NCBI GenBank assembly: GCA_040905465.1
Contig: JBBDRK010000046.1
Coordinates: forward strand, 1-37,441
Length of the DNA stretch: 37,441 nt
Source of the DNA: Trueperaceae bacterium
Lineage (GTDB): Bacteria > Deinococcota > Deinococci > Deinococcales > Trueperaceae
Direction: 5' to 3'
Shown here: positions 9,376 through 17,606 of the stretch, in pieces
How the letters are laid out: the number at the start of each line of letters is the position of its first letter
Position numbering within the stretch: position 1 is the stretch's first letter
Notes under the pieces: generated by a model
Database searches by the model: none
Told to the model about the DNA's origin: nothing
The model's input: the letters and a program-made list of their open reading frames with translations, nothing else
Made by a program: the position numbers and the translations under genes

Positions 9376-9640
9376 GGAGGCGAACTCGGGTTCGACGGAG
9401 GCGATCCTGTCGCCTCCGCTTTTCTATGCCGGGCGACGTCAGGGAAGGAAGCCGGAGGCGGAGGAGGCGGCAGGAACAACCATCTCCCCTCCCGCTCCTG
9501 CCTGTCTCGCCCTTGCCGGCGGCCCCTCACCTTGCTAGCGATGAAGAGAGGAAAGAGCGCCTCCCACGCCTCCTGGTGGCACGTACTACGTGTCCGAAGG
9601 CTGAACTACCGGCCACGGCTGCCGCCTCCGCATCGCCTCC
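9376..9640. repeat. Cluster of GGAGGCG/CGCCTCC heptamers, putative iteron-type origin of the element
   Basis: GGAGGCG at 9376, 9397, 9454 and 9463; CGCCTCC at 9411, 9558, 9567, 9623 and 9634. The cluster lies immediately after the reconstructed replicase stop at 9368. Confidence 0.6.
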
Positions 9641-9804
9641 CTGCACTCCCTCCCCGCTACATAGAACCTCCCGCTCTTGAGTTCCCCCTGGATCCCAGGG
9701 GTTCCGGCCAACCCGACGGCAAGTGAGCCGCCGTGGTCGTTTCTGGTACTTTCCGCATCCAGCCTAACCAGCATTCCGAGAAACGATAAGAGCAGGAGGC
9801 GAAT

Positions 9805-10002
9805 GTGACAGACGAAGTCCAGAACGAGAAACTCCTGCGCATCGACGAGGTCGCCCAGCAACTCAGCGTCTCAACCCGCACGGTGCGCTCCTGGTGTCTA
9901 GACGGCCTCATCGAGCACGTACGCTTGCCTCGAGGCCGCTACCGAATCCCCAAGAGCGAACTTAGCCGCATCACACAGGGAGGCGCCGATGGAGCACGCT
10001 GA
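9805..10002 (+). CDS. Excisionase-like HTH_17/MerR-type DNA-binding protein
   Basis: 'LLRIDEVAQQLSVSTRTVRSWCLDGLI..VRLP.GRYRIP' signature; AGGAGG RBS. Confidence 0.88.
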   Translation: MTDEVQNEKLLRIDEVAQQLSVSTRTVRSWCLDGLIEHVRLPRGRYRIPKSELSRITQGGADGAR

Positions 10003-10510
10003 CTACTACTTGCCCGAGCACCTCATGGCCAAGCTAAGCCCTGACGACAGGCTCATCGAGCAGCCATCTGTGACGGACGAAAAGCCCAGCTTTGTTAGTC
10101 GCAAGCACCTGACTGCCAAATTCCTCAGCGTACGCAGGCTTATGGCACTCGCCCAGACCACCGGGTGCCAGCTCCACGAGGCCATCATCCAAGCCATGTA
10201 CATCATCTCCACGACACTGGTGCCCAAGGACGAGGACGAAAGAGACCCCGACGCGCAGCGCGTGATGACAGCCCTCTATCGGCGGCTCGAGGATATCGAG
10301 GTTCTCGTGCAAGACGCCATCAACAGGCTCGTGACTCGCCTAATCGATGGGCTCAATGCAAAGATGGAAAACCCTGGCGAGCCGGTCGCAGCGCGCCGGA
10401 ACCTACAGTGGGCACGGATAATGCTCGGCATTCAGGAAGGGAGTAACGCCATGGTGGTTAGTGACGGCATGCAGCACCAAGAGGACGGCGTTAACCATGG
10501 CCCGCCCTAA
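9989..10510 (+). CDS. Hypothetical helical protein
   Basis: GGGAGG RBS; overlaps the preceding and following genes in an operon-like way. Confidence 0.7.
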   Translation: MEHADYYLPEHLMAKLSPDDRLIEQPSVTDEKPSFVSRKHLTAKFLSVRRLMALAQTTGCQLHEAIIQAMYIISTTLVPKDEDERDPDAQRVMTALYRRLEDIEVLVQDAINRLVTRLIDGLNAKMENPGEPVAARRNLQWARIMLGIQEGSNAMVVSDGMQHQEDGVNHGPP

Positions 10511-10784
10511 GCGACAGGAACAGCTCACCCTGCAGCTACTCCTCGAAAGGCACGGCACCGGCTCCCTTGCGCAAGTGCAAGCCGCCCTCGCTTATGCTTG
10601 CGAAAAGGCGGTGCAGCTTTTCGATAGCGAGGACGAGAAGCTGGCCCTCCGAGGCATTCACGCTCTGACGCAGGCGGCCGGCCAGTACGCCCGTGTGTAC
10701 GAGGTGGCGGAGTTGGGTGAACGGGTCGAATTGCTGGAACGTCAGCTAGGAATCGCGGAGGGGCATAGTGCGCGTCCGAACTAG
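10497..10784 (+). CDS. Hypothetical helical protein (95 aa), possibly small-terminase-like
   Basis: ATG at 10497 follows GAGG. Basic 'MARPKR' start and C-terminal 'AELGERVELLERQL' coiled coil. Confidence 0.65.
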   Translation: MARPKRQEQLTLQLLLERHGTGSLAQVQAALAYACEKAVQLFDSEDEKLALRGIHALTQAAGQYARVYEVAELGERVELLERQLGIAEGHSARPN

Positions 10785-10932
10785 GCTGGTCCGGATGGAG
10801 AACAGCATCGCCAAGATACGAGCGCCGGGGCTCAGGAGTCAAGTAGTAGTCTACCTCCCGTCAAACGGGCGCGATGCGACCCCTCTCGGGGCCTGGATAC
10901 AGGTGTCTGCGGCATTACCGAAACCGGTCTAG
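10768..10932 (+). CDS. Small hypothetical protein (54 aa) missed by the ORF track
   Basis: GTG follows GGAGGG. Translation: MRVRTRLVRMENSIAKIRAPGLRSQVVVYLPSNGRDATPLGAWIQVSAALPKPV. It overlaps the previous stop. Confidence 0.5.
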   Translation: MRVRTRLVRMENSIAKIRAPGLRSQVVVYLPSNGRDATPLGAWIQVSAALPKPV

Positions 10933-10971
10933 GCTGTCACCTGTCACCCGTTGCGGCACATTTCGATTGCC

Positions 10972-11280
10972 TTACGGCTCCTCGGCGAGTTCGACCGCTT
11001 CGAGCGAATACTGCACAACGGTCTCAATTAGCCCCTGCACCAGAGCACTACAGTTTTTAAACAGAAGCAGATCAAGCGAACGCTCGCCCAGATCCCTTAC
11101 AGGCTTGCTTATGAGTGCGTGGACAAAAGACTGGGTAGTGAGCGTAACTTCGTCAAAGTCGATCGCAACTTTGTGATTACGACTGAGCGATGGCCCAATA
11201 ACCTTTGTACGAAGGACGGCAGCAACGTCTTTATCTTCCGCAAAGACACCGCTCTCCTCAACCATACGGATCGTTTTCAA
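10972..11280 (-). CDS. STAS-like (DUF4325-type) protein
   Basis: 'VAIDFDEVTLTTQSFVHALI' matches the STAS-like D-F-x-x-V...SF motif. The TTG start overlaps the upstream stop. Confidence 0.82.
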   Translation of the reverse strand: MKTIRMVEESGVFAEDKDVAAVLRTKVIGPSLSRNHKVAIDFDEVTLTTQSFVHALISKPVRDLGERSLDLLLFKNCSALVQGLIETVVQYSLEAVELAEEP

Positions 11281-12248
11281 GAGAATCGTATCTGTTTGAA
11301 ATACTCTTTCTTGCTCTTCTTCACGTCTATTTGGTACGCCTCCCGTATTCGTGCTAGAAGTTCAGCGAACTCCACGCCTTCTTCGACACTCATGTCTATG
11401 CCCACAACCGTCCCCTGCCAGTGAGGCAACCCAGACCTCAGCCTATGCTTGTCCGCGGTAGCGTCGGCGTTCAACTGGGCCGCTACTTCTTCCTTTGTTC
11501 GTAGAAGTTTGAACGCAGCGTCGCCGCTATAGATAACGAAGAAGCGGCGGGAGAGGGCGGCAATACTCTTTGTAAAGAAGAGGCCAGCACCTGCATTGCG
11601 CTCGTTACCACCGATTCTGTTCGTTGCACCCGACACTCCTGGTCTTAGGGCCCGCATGATTGCTTCAGCCGGGGTAGTAACAGCGTGGCTACGCTGCATT
11701 GAATTCAGTACACCGATGCCGCCGTCCGCTATGCCAACCGCAATTGTATTGGAGCCTTTGTAGTACTGAGCGCACACGAAGGCTCCAACCGATGACCCGG
11801 AATGCTCTAGAACGTTTCGGACCATCTCGCTAAAAACGTACTTTATCGGGTCGGCAACAGAAGGAGGCGCATGAAGCAGTGGGATAAGATTAGCAATTGC
11901 TTCACTCAGGCCCTTGCTTGTGCGAATGTTCGTCAATGGTACAAATCGTCCTGCTTCCTCATGCTCCGTAATCCCCAGTGTGGGCTTCAAGTCGAGGTGA
12001 TCGAACAGCCCCATCCGCATAAGATAGCGAACAGGCCGAATTGGAGGAACCGCACCAGTTGTTTTTATGCCTCGCTGTTTCGCTTGCTCTCCAAGGCAGG
12101 CAGCCATGGCCAGTGCTGCGGGATGCACAGCAATCCACTTCTCGTGCATTTTCACAACTAGATCTGGATCGCCTTCAGTGGGAGAGTATTTCCGCAGAAA
12201 ACCCTCAAAATTCTGAAGGCGGGCACTGTTTGGCAACTCGATCCTCAT
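11277..12248 (-). CDS. STAS-like plus GHKL/HATPase_c (anti-sigma kinase-like) protein
   Basis: N box 'FSEMVRNVLEHS', G1 'IADGGIGV', G2 'GAGLFF' and 'QGTVV'. N-terminal 'YLMRMGLF' STAS-like region. TACGAT lies 6 nt before the ATG. Confidence 0.85.
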   Translation of the reverse strand: MRIELPNSARLQNFEGFLRKYSPTEGDPDLVVKMHEKWIAVHPAALAMAACLGEQAKQRGIKTTGAVPPIRPVRYLMRMGLFDHLDLKPTLGITEHEEAGRFVPLTNIRTSKGLSEAIANLIPLLHAPPSVADPIKYVFSEMVRNVLEHSGSSVGAFVCAQYYKGSNTIAVGIADGGIGVLNSMQRSHAVTTPAEAIMRALRPGVSGATNRIGGNERNAGAGLFFTKSIAALSRRFFVIYSGDAAFKLLRTKEEVAAQLNADATADKHRLRSGLPHWQGTVVGIDMSVEEGVEFAELLARIREAYQIDVKKSKKEYFKQIRFS

Positions 12249-12646
12249 AGCATCATCGTATCTCGGTTGCCAACCGAGAAACGGCCAGCAAGAGGCAAGA
12301 GGAAAGACACAGCGCGAATCACACCTGGAGAGAGCAGATAACTGCACAGTAGTTGCATTTGATCGGATGACGATTAACAGAATCCGATTGCGTAAGCTGA
12401 TAAGCCTGAGCTGCAAATCGCTTGACCTTCTGATTGCCTCTCAGGGGGTCAGCGTCACCCACACCTCGCTGGCGCCCCTTTCCCTGTACTAGCCCAACAG
12501 GCCGCCCTCCTAAGGCCAAGCGACGTCGACTGGAAAGAGGGATAATTGGGGAAGCAGCTTATAGCGCCTCGGCGAGAGCCCAGGCAAGCGGGGCGATGAC
12601 CCAGCCGTGGATAACTCGAAGGAAGGCCAACGATATCATCTTTGAT

Positions 12647-13861
12647 GTGAACGGCAAGCTACCCACAATCAGTCTTTACACCGGTGCAGGCGGCATGGAT
12701 TACGGCTTCGAGGCAGCCGGCTTCGAGACGGGCGTTGGGCTCGAGCTTGACCAGGATGCAGTAGAGACGGTCCGGCTAAATCGCTCCTGGCCGGTTATTT
12801 GTCAGGACATCCACAAGACGTCTACAGTCCGGATACTTGAAGCAGCAGGCCTGCATCGTGGGGATGCGGCGCTGCTAATCGGGGGGCCGCCCTGCCAGCC
12901 CTTTTCAAAGTCCGGATACTGGTCACGTGGCGACTCACGTCGGCTTGACGACCCTAGAGCGAAAACCCTGGACGCTTACATGCGTGTCGTCCGAGAAGCC
13001 CTGCCCGAAGTGTTCGTCCTAGAGAACGTGCACGGGATCAAGTATTCAGGCAAGGAAGAGGGAATGCTCCTCCTCCAAAGGCTTGTGGATGAGATCAATG
13101 CTGAGCACAAGACCAACTATGTCCTCTCCTGGGACGTGCTAAACGCCGCCGACTACGGGGTGCCGCAGCTCAGAAACCGTTTCTTCATGGTCGGTCACCG
13201 CGACGGCAAGAGGTTTACCTTCCCTAGCCCTGCTTACCAGTCTAGGACCGTATGCCAAGAAACCAATTGTGGCACTCAGCCATATGTCACTGCATGGGAC
13301 GCAATTGGCGACCTCTGCCCCGACCCGGCTGAGGACTTGCGTGCCCGTGGCCGTTGGGCCGATCTTCTCCCTTCAATTCCCGAAGGTGAAAACTACCTCT
13401 GGCATACCGACCGGAAAGGTGGCCTGCCACTGTTCGGATGGCGGCGCAGGTACTGGAGCTTCTTGTTAAAGCTGGCTAAGGATAGGCCTTCATGGACGAT
13501 CCAGGCGCAGCCCGGTCCGGCCATCGGGCCCTTCCATTGGGAGAGTCGATTGCTGAGTATCCGCGAGATGGCCCGCCTCCAGACGTTCCCTGACAATATT
13601 CGGTTCGTTGGCAGCCGAAACTCACTCCAGCGTCAGATCGGCAACGCTGTCCCCTCTTTACTAGCTGAGGTGCTCGGCAGGGAGATTCGCCGTCAACTAT
13701 TCGGCGCGCCCCTCAAGGGAGAGCTAACTCTTGCGATATGCCCCAAGCGCCCCATTCCGGAGCCCGAGCCAGTCGAGTCAGTCGCCGAGAAGTATTTGAA
13801 CCTCGTCGGCGAGCACGTAGCTCACCCGGGGACAGGTAAGGGACCGAACGGGACTCGATGA
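12647..13861 (+). CDS. DNA (cytosine-5)-methyltransferase
   Basis: Motifs I (LYTGAGG), IV (GGPPCQPFS), VI (ENV), VIII (QLRNRF), IX (REMARLQTFPD) and X (QIGNAV). The start is uncertain (GTG 12647 or ATG 12596). Confidence 0.95.
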   Translation: MNGKLPTISLYTGAGGMDYGFEAAGFETGVGLELDQDAVETVRLNRSWPVICQDIHKTSTVRILEAAGLHRGDAALLIGGPPCQPFSKSGYWSRGDSRRLDDPRAKTLDAYMRVVREALPEVFVLENVHGIKYSGKEEGMLLLQRLVDEINAEHKTNYVLSWDVLNAADYGVPQLRNRFFMVGHRDGKRFTFPSPAYQSRTVCQETNCGTQPYVTAWDAIGDLCPDPAEDLRARGRWADLLPSIPEGENYLWHTDRKGGLPLFGWRRRYWSFLLKLAKDRPSWTIQAQPGPAIGPFHWESRLLSIREMARLQTFPDNIRFVGSRNSLQRQIGNAVPSLLAEVLGREIRRQLFGAPLKGELTLAICPKRPIPEPEPVESVAEKYLNLVGEHVAHPGTGKGPNGTR

Positions 13862-13870
13862 CAGAAGGGG

Positions 13871-14959
13871 CTAGGAGCCGAAGAGGTCAACCCACTCTTG
13901 AAGGCTCTCGTCACTCACGTTAGCCTCCTCGAGCCTCTCCTGCATGCGGAGCGGGAACTGACACAAGAAGTCATCGAGCCCCCTGCTACTCCAAATGATC
14001 GACTCATGCAAGAAAGTGGCGGCAGATGTGTATAACCGCACCAGGACGTTGCGTTGAGTCAACACTTGAGCGGTCAACTGCTCGGCGTCCAGATCCTGCT
14101 GGCTCGGTGAGAGCATCACGTATGCGCCGCGAGCCACTGATGCCCTCGAAAGCGCCTCGGTCCAATAGAGTACATCCGAGCGGGTAACTTGCTTCTGCTT
14201 GACCTCCACAGAGGCTGTCGGCGTCACGTCCTCCTCCTCAAGGAAGGCCTTAACGTCGCCTGGAACATGACGGCTCGGATCATTAACGTGCCCAAGTCGC
14301 ACAACGGGATAAACCAAGTCAAGGGCAGCAGCGACCATGGCCTGCCCGCGTTTGCCGTCCTCCGGCCAGCTCGTCACGAAGTCCGCAACAGCACTGACGA
14401 ACTCATTGATCGTCCAGTGAGTGCTCACAACCTGAATTCGAGGGACAGGCCTTCGGGCGACACGCCGCCGAACAGCCAAGAATGCGGCCAACGCAGGAAG
14501 TAGCTCCTCCTCGGGCAGCTCCCGCAACCGCTCGAGCGTCTCAACCAAGAAATCAAGGTGCGGCCGAACCGGATCCTTTACAACCATCTCGCGATGAACC
14601 CAGGTGTATCGAAAGAATGGTTGGTTGTTGAGCGGCTCGCGCCCACGTGTCCCGATATCAACCATGTGCTCCACAGCCATCGGGGCCAGAACGTTCGTCG
14701 CAATAGTTCTCGCTGAGTAGCTTTCCAGCCCCTGCGCTGGCGATCCGCCCGCCTTAAGGACCAACGGGTCCACTCGCGGATCTGTCGCTCTCGACAAGAG
14801 TGCCGTGCCGAGCATCGATACGAAAGTTCGGCTAGGGCACCGTCCAACTTCCTGTGTTCGCTGAATCCACTCCGGTGGAAGTTGGGCGGCAGAATCGACC
14901 AACTCCACAGCCTCTAGAAAAACCGCCCTTGCTCGCTCAGTGTCTACCGTGATACTCAT
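13871..14959 (-). CDS. Type II restriction endonuclease, SacI-family-like
   Basis: 'YSARTIA..VLAP', 'GREPLNNQPFFR', 'VNDPSRHVPGDV' and 'VEVKQK' (PD-(D/E)xK). Lies between the C5 MTase and vsr. Confidence 0.8.
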   Translation of the reverse strand: MSITVDTERARAVFLEAVELVDSAAQLPPEWIQRTQEVGRCPSRTFVSMLGTALLSRATDPRVDPLVLKAGGSPAQGLESYSARTIATNVLAPMAVEHMVDIGTRGREPLNNQPFFRYTWVHREMVVKDPVRPHLDFLVETLERLRELPEEELLPALAAFLAVRRRVARRPVPRIQVVSTHWTINEFVSAVADFVTSWPEDGKRGQAMVAAALDLVYPVVRLGHVNDPSRHVPGDVKAFLEEEDVTPTASVEVKQKQVTRSDVLYWTEALSRASVARGAYVMLSPSQQDLDAEQLTAQVLTQRNVLVRLYTSAATFLHESIIWSSRGLDDFLCQFPLRMQERLEEANVSDESLQEWVDLFGS

Positions 14960-15059
14960 TACGCTCTACAGCCATTGGACCATGAGAGGTAGCTCTTGCC
15001 TAGTGGTGTGACCTGCACCGAGGTGTTGACCTAGGTAAGCTGAGTTCCAAGGGGGCCCG

Positions 15060-15557
15060 ATGGGTAACGCGAAGCAAGGTGACTCCAGCGTCCAAAAGAC
15101 CTTGGTCTTGACTCCCAACGGCTTCTGGACATCGAGAGTGGAGTCGGATCGCAAGAGGGCCGTAAAGTCGAAAGACACCAAGCCGGAGGTTCAGCTCCGG
15201 AAGGCTGTCTGGAGAATGGGTTTTCGGTACCGGAAGAACGTGAAGACCCTTGAGGGTTCGCCAGACCTTGTGTTTCCCCGCCAGAAGGTTGCGGTGTTCG
15301 TTGATGGCGATTTCTGGCATGGCCGCAATTGGCCCGAGCGGAGGAAGCGACTCCAGCGCAATCGCGACTATTGGATCAGGAAGATCGAGGGCAACATAGC
15401 CCGAGACAGAAGGGTTGACACTGCGCTTGCAAATCGGGGTTGGTCAGTCGTTCGGCTCTGGAGCGAGGACGTTCGGAGGGACATCGAAAGCTGTGTGACT
15501 GCCGTTATTACCACAGTCCGAATTGCCGAACTCTCCTCCAGCACCCCTACCTCTTAG
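15060..15557 (+). CDS. vsr: Very short patch repair endonuclease
   Basis: 'SKDTKPE..LRK', 'GSPDLVF', 'FVDGDFWHG', 'YW..KI..NIARD' and 'GW.VVRLW'. Confidence 0.95.
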   Translation: MGNAKQGDSSVQKTLVLTPNGFWTSRVESDRKRAVKSKDTKPEVQLRKAVWRMGFRYRKNVKTLEGSPDLVFPRQKVAVFVDGDFWHGRNWPERRKRLQRNRDYWIRKIEGNIARDRRVDTALANRGWSVVRLWSEDVRRDIESCVTAVITTVRIAELSSSTPTS

Positions 15558-15579
15558 GCGCAAGAGCGTCTGGCCACTC

Positions 15580-16878
15580 TCAGGGCTCCACTCTTACTTG
15601 GCCTACGGATGTATCCCCCCATCGTAAGTAGTAGGCGAAGAAGGGATCTGTGATGTGCAGCCTTCTGTCTTCCCTGTCCCAATCAATGACCGGAGTCGAT
15701 GCCTCGTCATCTGCCGCAATTTGCGCCATATGATCGAGTACTCTAGAAACCTCATGAGCCTGCGGGATCTCGCCTGCTGCTGTTTCCCGAATTGAAGCCC
15801 TCAACTGCTCGTAGTCAATAGTTTCTATACCCGGCTGCATATTTGCCAGGGCTTTCAAAACGAGCCCGTAAATATCCGTCACAAAGCCATCAGAAAGCGA
15901 GCGTTGTATCCTATCCGTTCGCTGCCGTGGCCCCCGGCTCAGTCTTTCAAACATCGTTTTGCCGGTTGCCTCGGCTACGCTTCTGAAGACAGCGATTTGT
16001 TCCGCTTGCTCTACGTGTAAGGTCACCGGCGAGACCTGAGCTAACTCAATCCCTCGCCTCACACACAACTCCAGGCAGAACTCTTGCATTAGGTGAGGGC
16101 TGCCAAATGCCTCGCGCGCAAAAGCGTCCTGCACGTCCTGCTGCACCTCAAGTCCCAGAATCGTGAACCCCTTGGCCGATATCTCGAGCAGTTCGTCCAA
16201 TGCCCAAGCCGGAACCTCTACTTGCTCTACTCGTCCAGTCATCTCCCGCTCTACACGAACAGCGTCGAAACGGCGATGTGGTATTGCGAGGGCGATAACA
16301 GCAACGCCATCAAAGATTAGCGGTTTAAGCGCTCTAACAACCTGTGCCTGCGTATCTCGCCCTACATAATGGAAGTCATCAATGATCATTGGGGCCTTCG
16401 CTACCCGTAACGCCCGAACCGCCGCAGGCTTGACCGCCTCAGTGCGCCCTCTTGAAGTAGAGCTGGTCAACGAGTCCCCATGTCCTGCCTCTATTTTACC
16501 GCCTAGGCTCGCGACACCCGGAATGCCAAAGCCACCATTGGCGCCGCTGGTTGCCGTAGTCGTCTTTCCCCTTACCTCTTCAACGATTAACGCCGTGAAT
16601 TCGCCAAGCTTCTGAAGCACATCCCCCCAAAACTCATCTTCATTGGAATACGTTCCCCCATCCAGCCAGATCGCGTCCCCTTCAGGCAAAATAGTTCTAG
16701 CCAACACCGTCTTGCCAGACTTGGTCGCGCCCGTAACGGTCACCAGCTTCCGAGAAAACTGGATCGCGCGGCGGAGTTTCTCCTCAAGTTGGGTCTCGTT
16801 CCGCTCGACGTATGTATACCTAGGCAAACCACCAGGTACAAAAACATCTCCCACATTTATGCGGTCCGTATGCTTCAC
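15580..16878 (-). CDS. Stand-alone AAA+/STAND-like P-loop ATPase with a C-terminal winged-helix-like domain
   Basis: 'F.PGG.P..TYVER' N-terminus, Walker A GATKSGKT, Walker B IIDDFH, 'FGSPHLMQ' (GxP) and C-terminal 'LHITDPFFAYYLRW'. Confidence 0.85.
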   Translation of the reverse strand: MKHTDRINVGDVFVPGGLPRYTYVERNETQLEEKLRRAIQFSRKLVTVTGATKSGKTVLARTILPEGDAIWLDGGTYSNEDEFWGDVLQKLGEFTALIVEEVRGKTTTATSGANGGFGIPGVASLGGKIEAGHGDSLTSSTSRGRTEAVKPAAVRALRVAKAPMIIDDFHYVGRDTQAQVVRALKPLIFDGVAVIALAIPHRRFDAVRVEREMTGRVEQVEVPAWALDELLEISAKGFTILGLEVQQDVQDAFAREAFGSPHLMQEFCLELCVRRGIELAQVSPVTLHVEQAEQIAVFRSVAEATGKTMFERLSRGPRQRTDRIQRSLSDGFVTDIYGLVLKALANMQPGIETIDYEQLRASIRETAAGEIPQAHEVSRVLDHMAQIAADDEASTPVIDWDREDRRLHITDPFFAYYLRWGDTSVGQVRVEP

Positions 16879-16971
16879 ACTGTATCATCCCTTGGCGACC
16901 GCCGACAATTGTTCACTTACTCCGAGTAAATGATCGAACTGGAACCATAGTTGCATGGTAGTTGAATTCGG

Positions 16972-17007
16972 TAAAGCAAGAAGCGGAGACTCCGAAGAAT
17001 CTCCGCT
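16972..17007 (-). terminator. Intrinsic terminator downstream of tRNA-Ala
   Basis: Minus strand: AGCGGAGATTC-TTCG-GAGTCTCCGCT hairpin (C-UUCG-G loop) followed by TCTTGCTTTA. Confidence 0.75.
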
Positions 17008-17014
17008 CCTAACC

Positions 17015-17113
<99 letters not shown>

Positions 17114-17120
17114 GAAAACC

Positions 17121-17149
17121 AGTGTATAGGGCAGGGCGGTGACCGTCAA
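17121..17149 (-). promoter_or_regulatory. Sigma70-type promoter of tRNA-Ala
   Basis: Minus strand TTGACG-N17-TACACT, about 30 nt upstream of the tRNA 5' end. Confidence 0.75.
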
Positions 17150-17299
17150 GCAAATGCAGGACTCGACCTCCGCGCACATGCCCGAGAAAATGGACGATCG
17201 TCCGCGCCAATGAGGTATCTTGATTGAACACTCAAACACTCAATCAAGCGTCGAGATTATCCATTCATTCCCTTCCAGAAGCGCCAGAAGGACACAGGC

Positions 17300-17464
17300 G
17301 TGCTCGGGCACGCATTCCCGCTGCTCTACGCCAACAACCTGATCCAGGAGGTCGTCTCTGCCGGCGGCTCGGTGTCCCAGGCATGGCCCAACATGCTGGT
17401 CCTGGCCTGCTACGGCCTGCTGCTGCTCCTGCTTGCATCGCTTACTCTCAGAGAGGTGGAGTAA
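17300..17464 (+). pseudogene. C-terminal remnant of an ABC-2-type permease
   Basis: VLGHAFPLLYANNLIQEVVSAGGSVSQAWPNMLVLACYGLLLLLLASLTLREVE* resembles the final 'PLxYA' loop and last TM helix of ABC-2 permeases. No upstream part is present. Confidence 0.6.
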
Positions 17465-17558
17465 CAACACGATTATCTGGAACAGGGGCAGGACCGCCCG
17501 GCAGAGCCGCGTCGCCGGATCAAGACCTGGCCCCCACGTTTCGACCCGACTCAACGAC

Positions 17559-17586
17559 AGGTGCGGCGCCCGAAAGCGCCGCACCT
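17559..17586. terminator. GC-rich hairpin downstream of rplS
   Basis: AGGTGCGGCGC-CCGAAA-GCGCCGCACCT, an 11-bp perfect stem 20 nt after the rplS stop, with a weak U tract. Confidence 0.6.
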
Positions 17587-17606
17587 CTACCAGACTTCGT
17601 TCTTAC

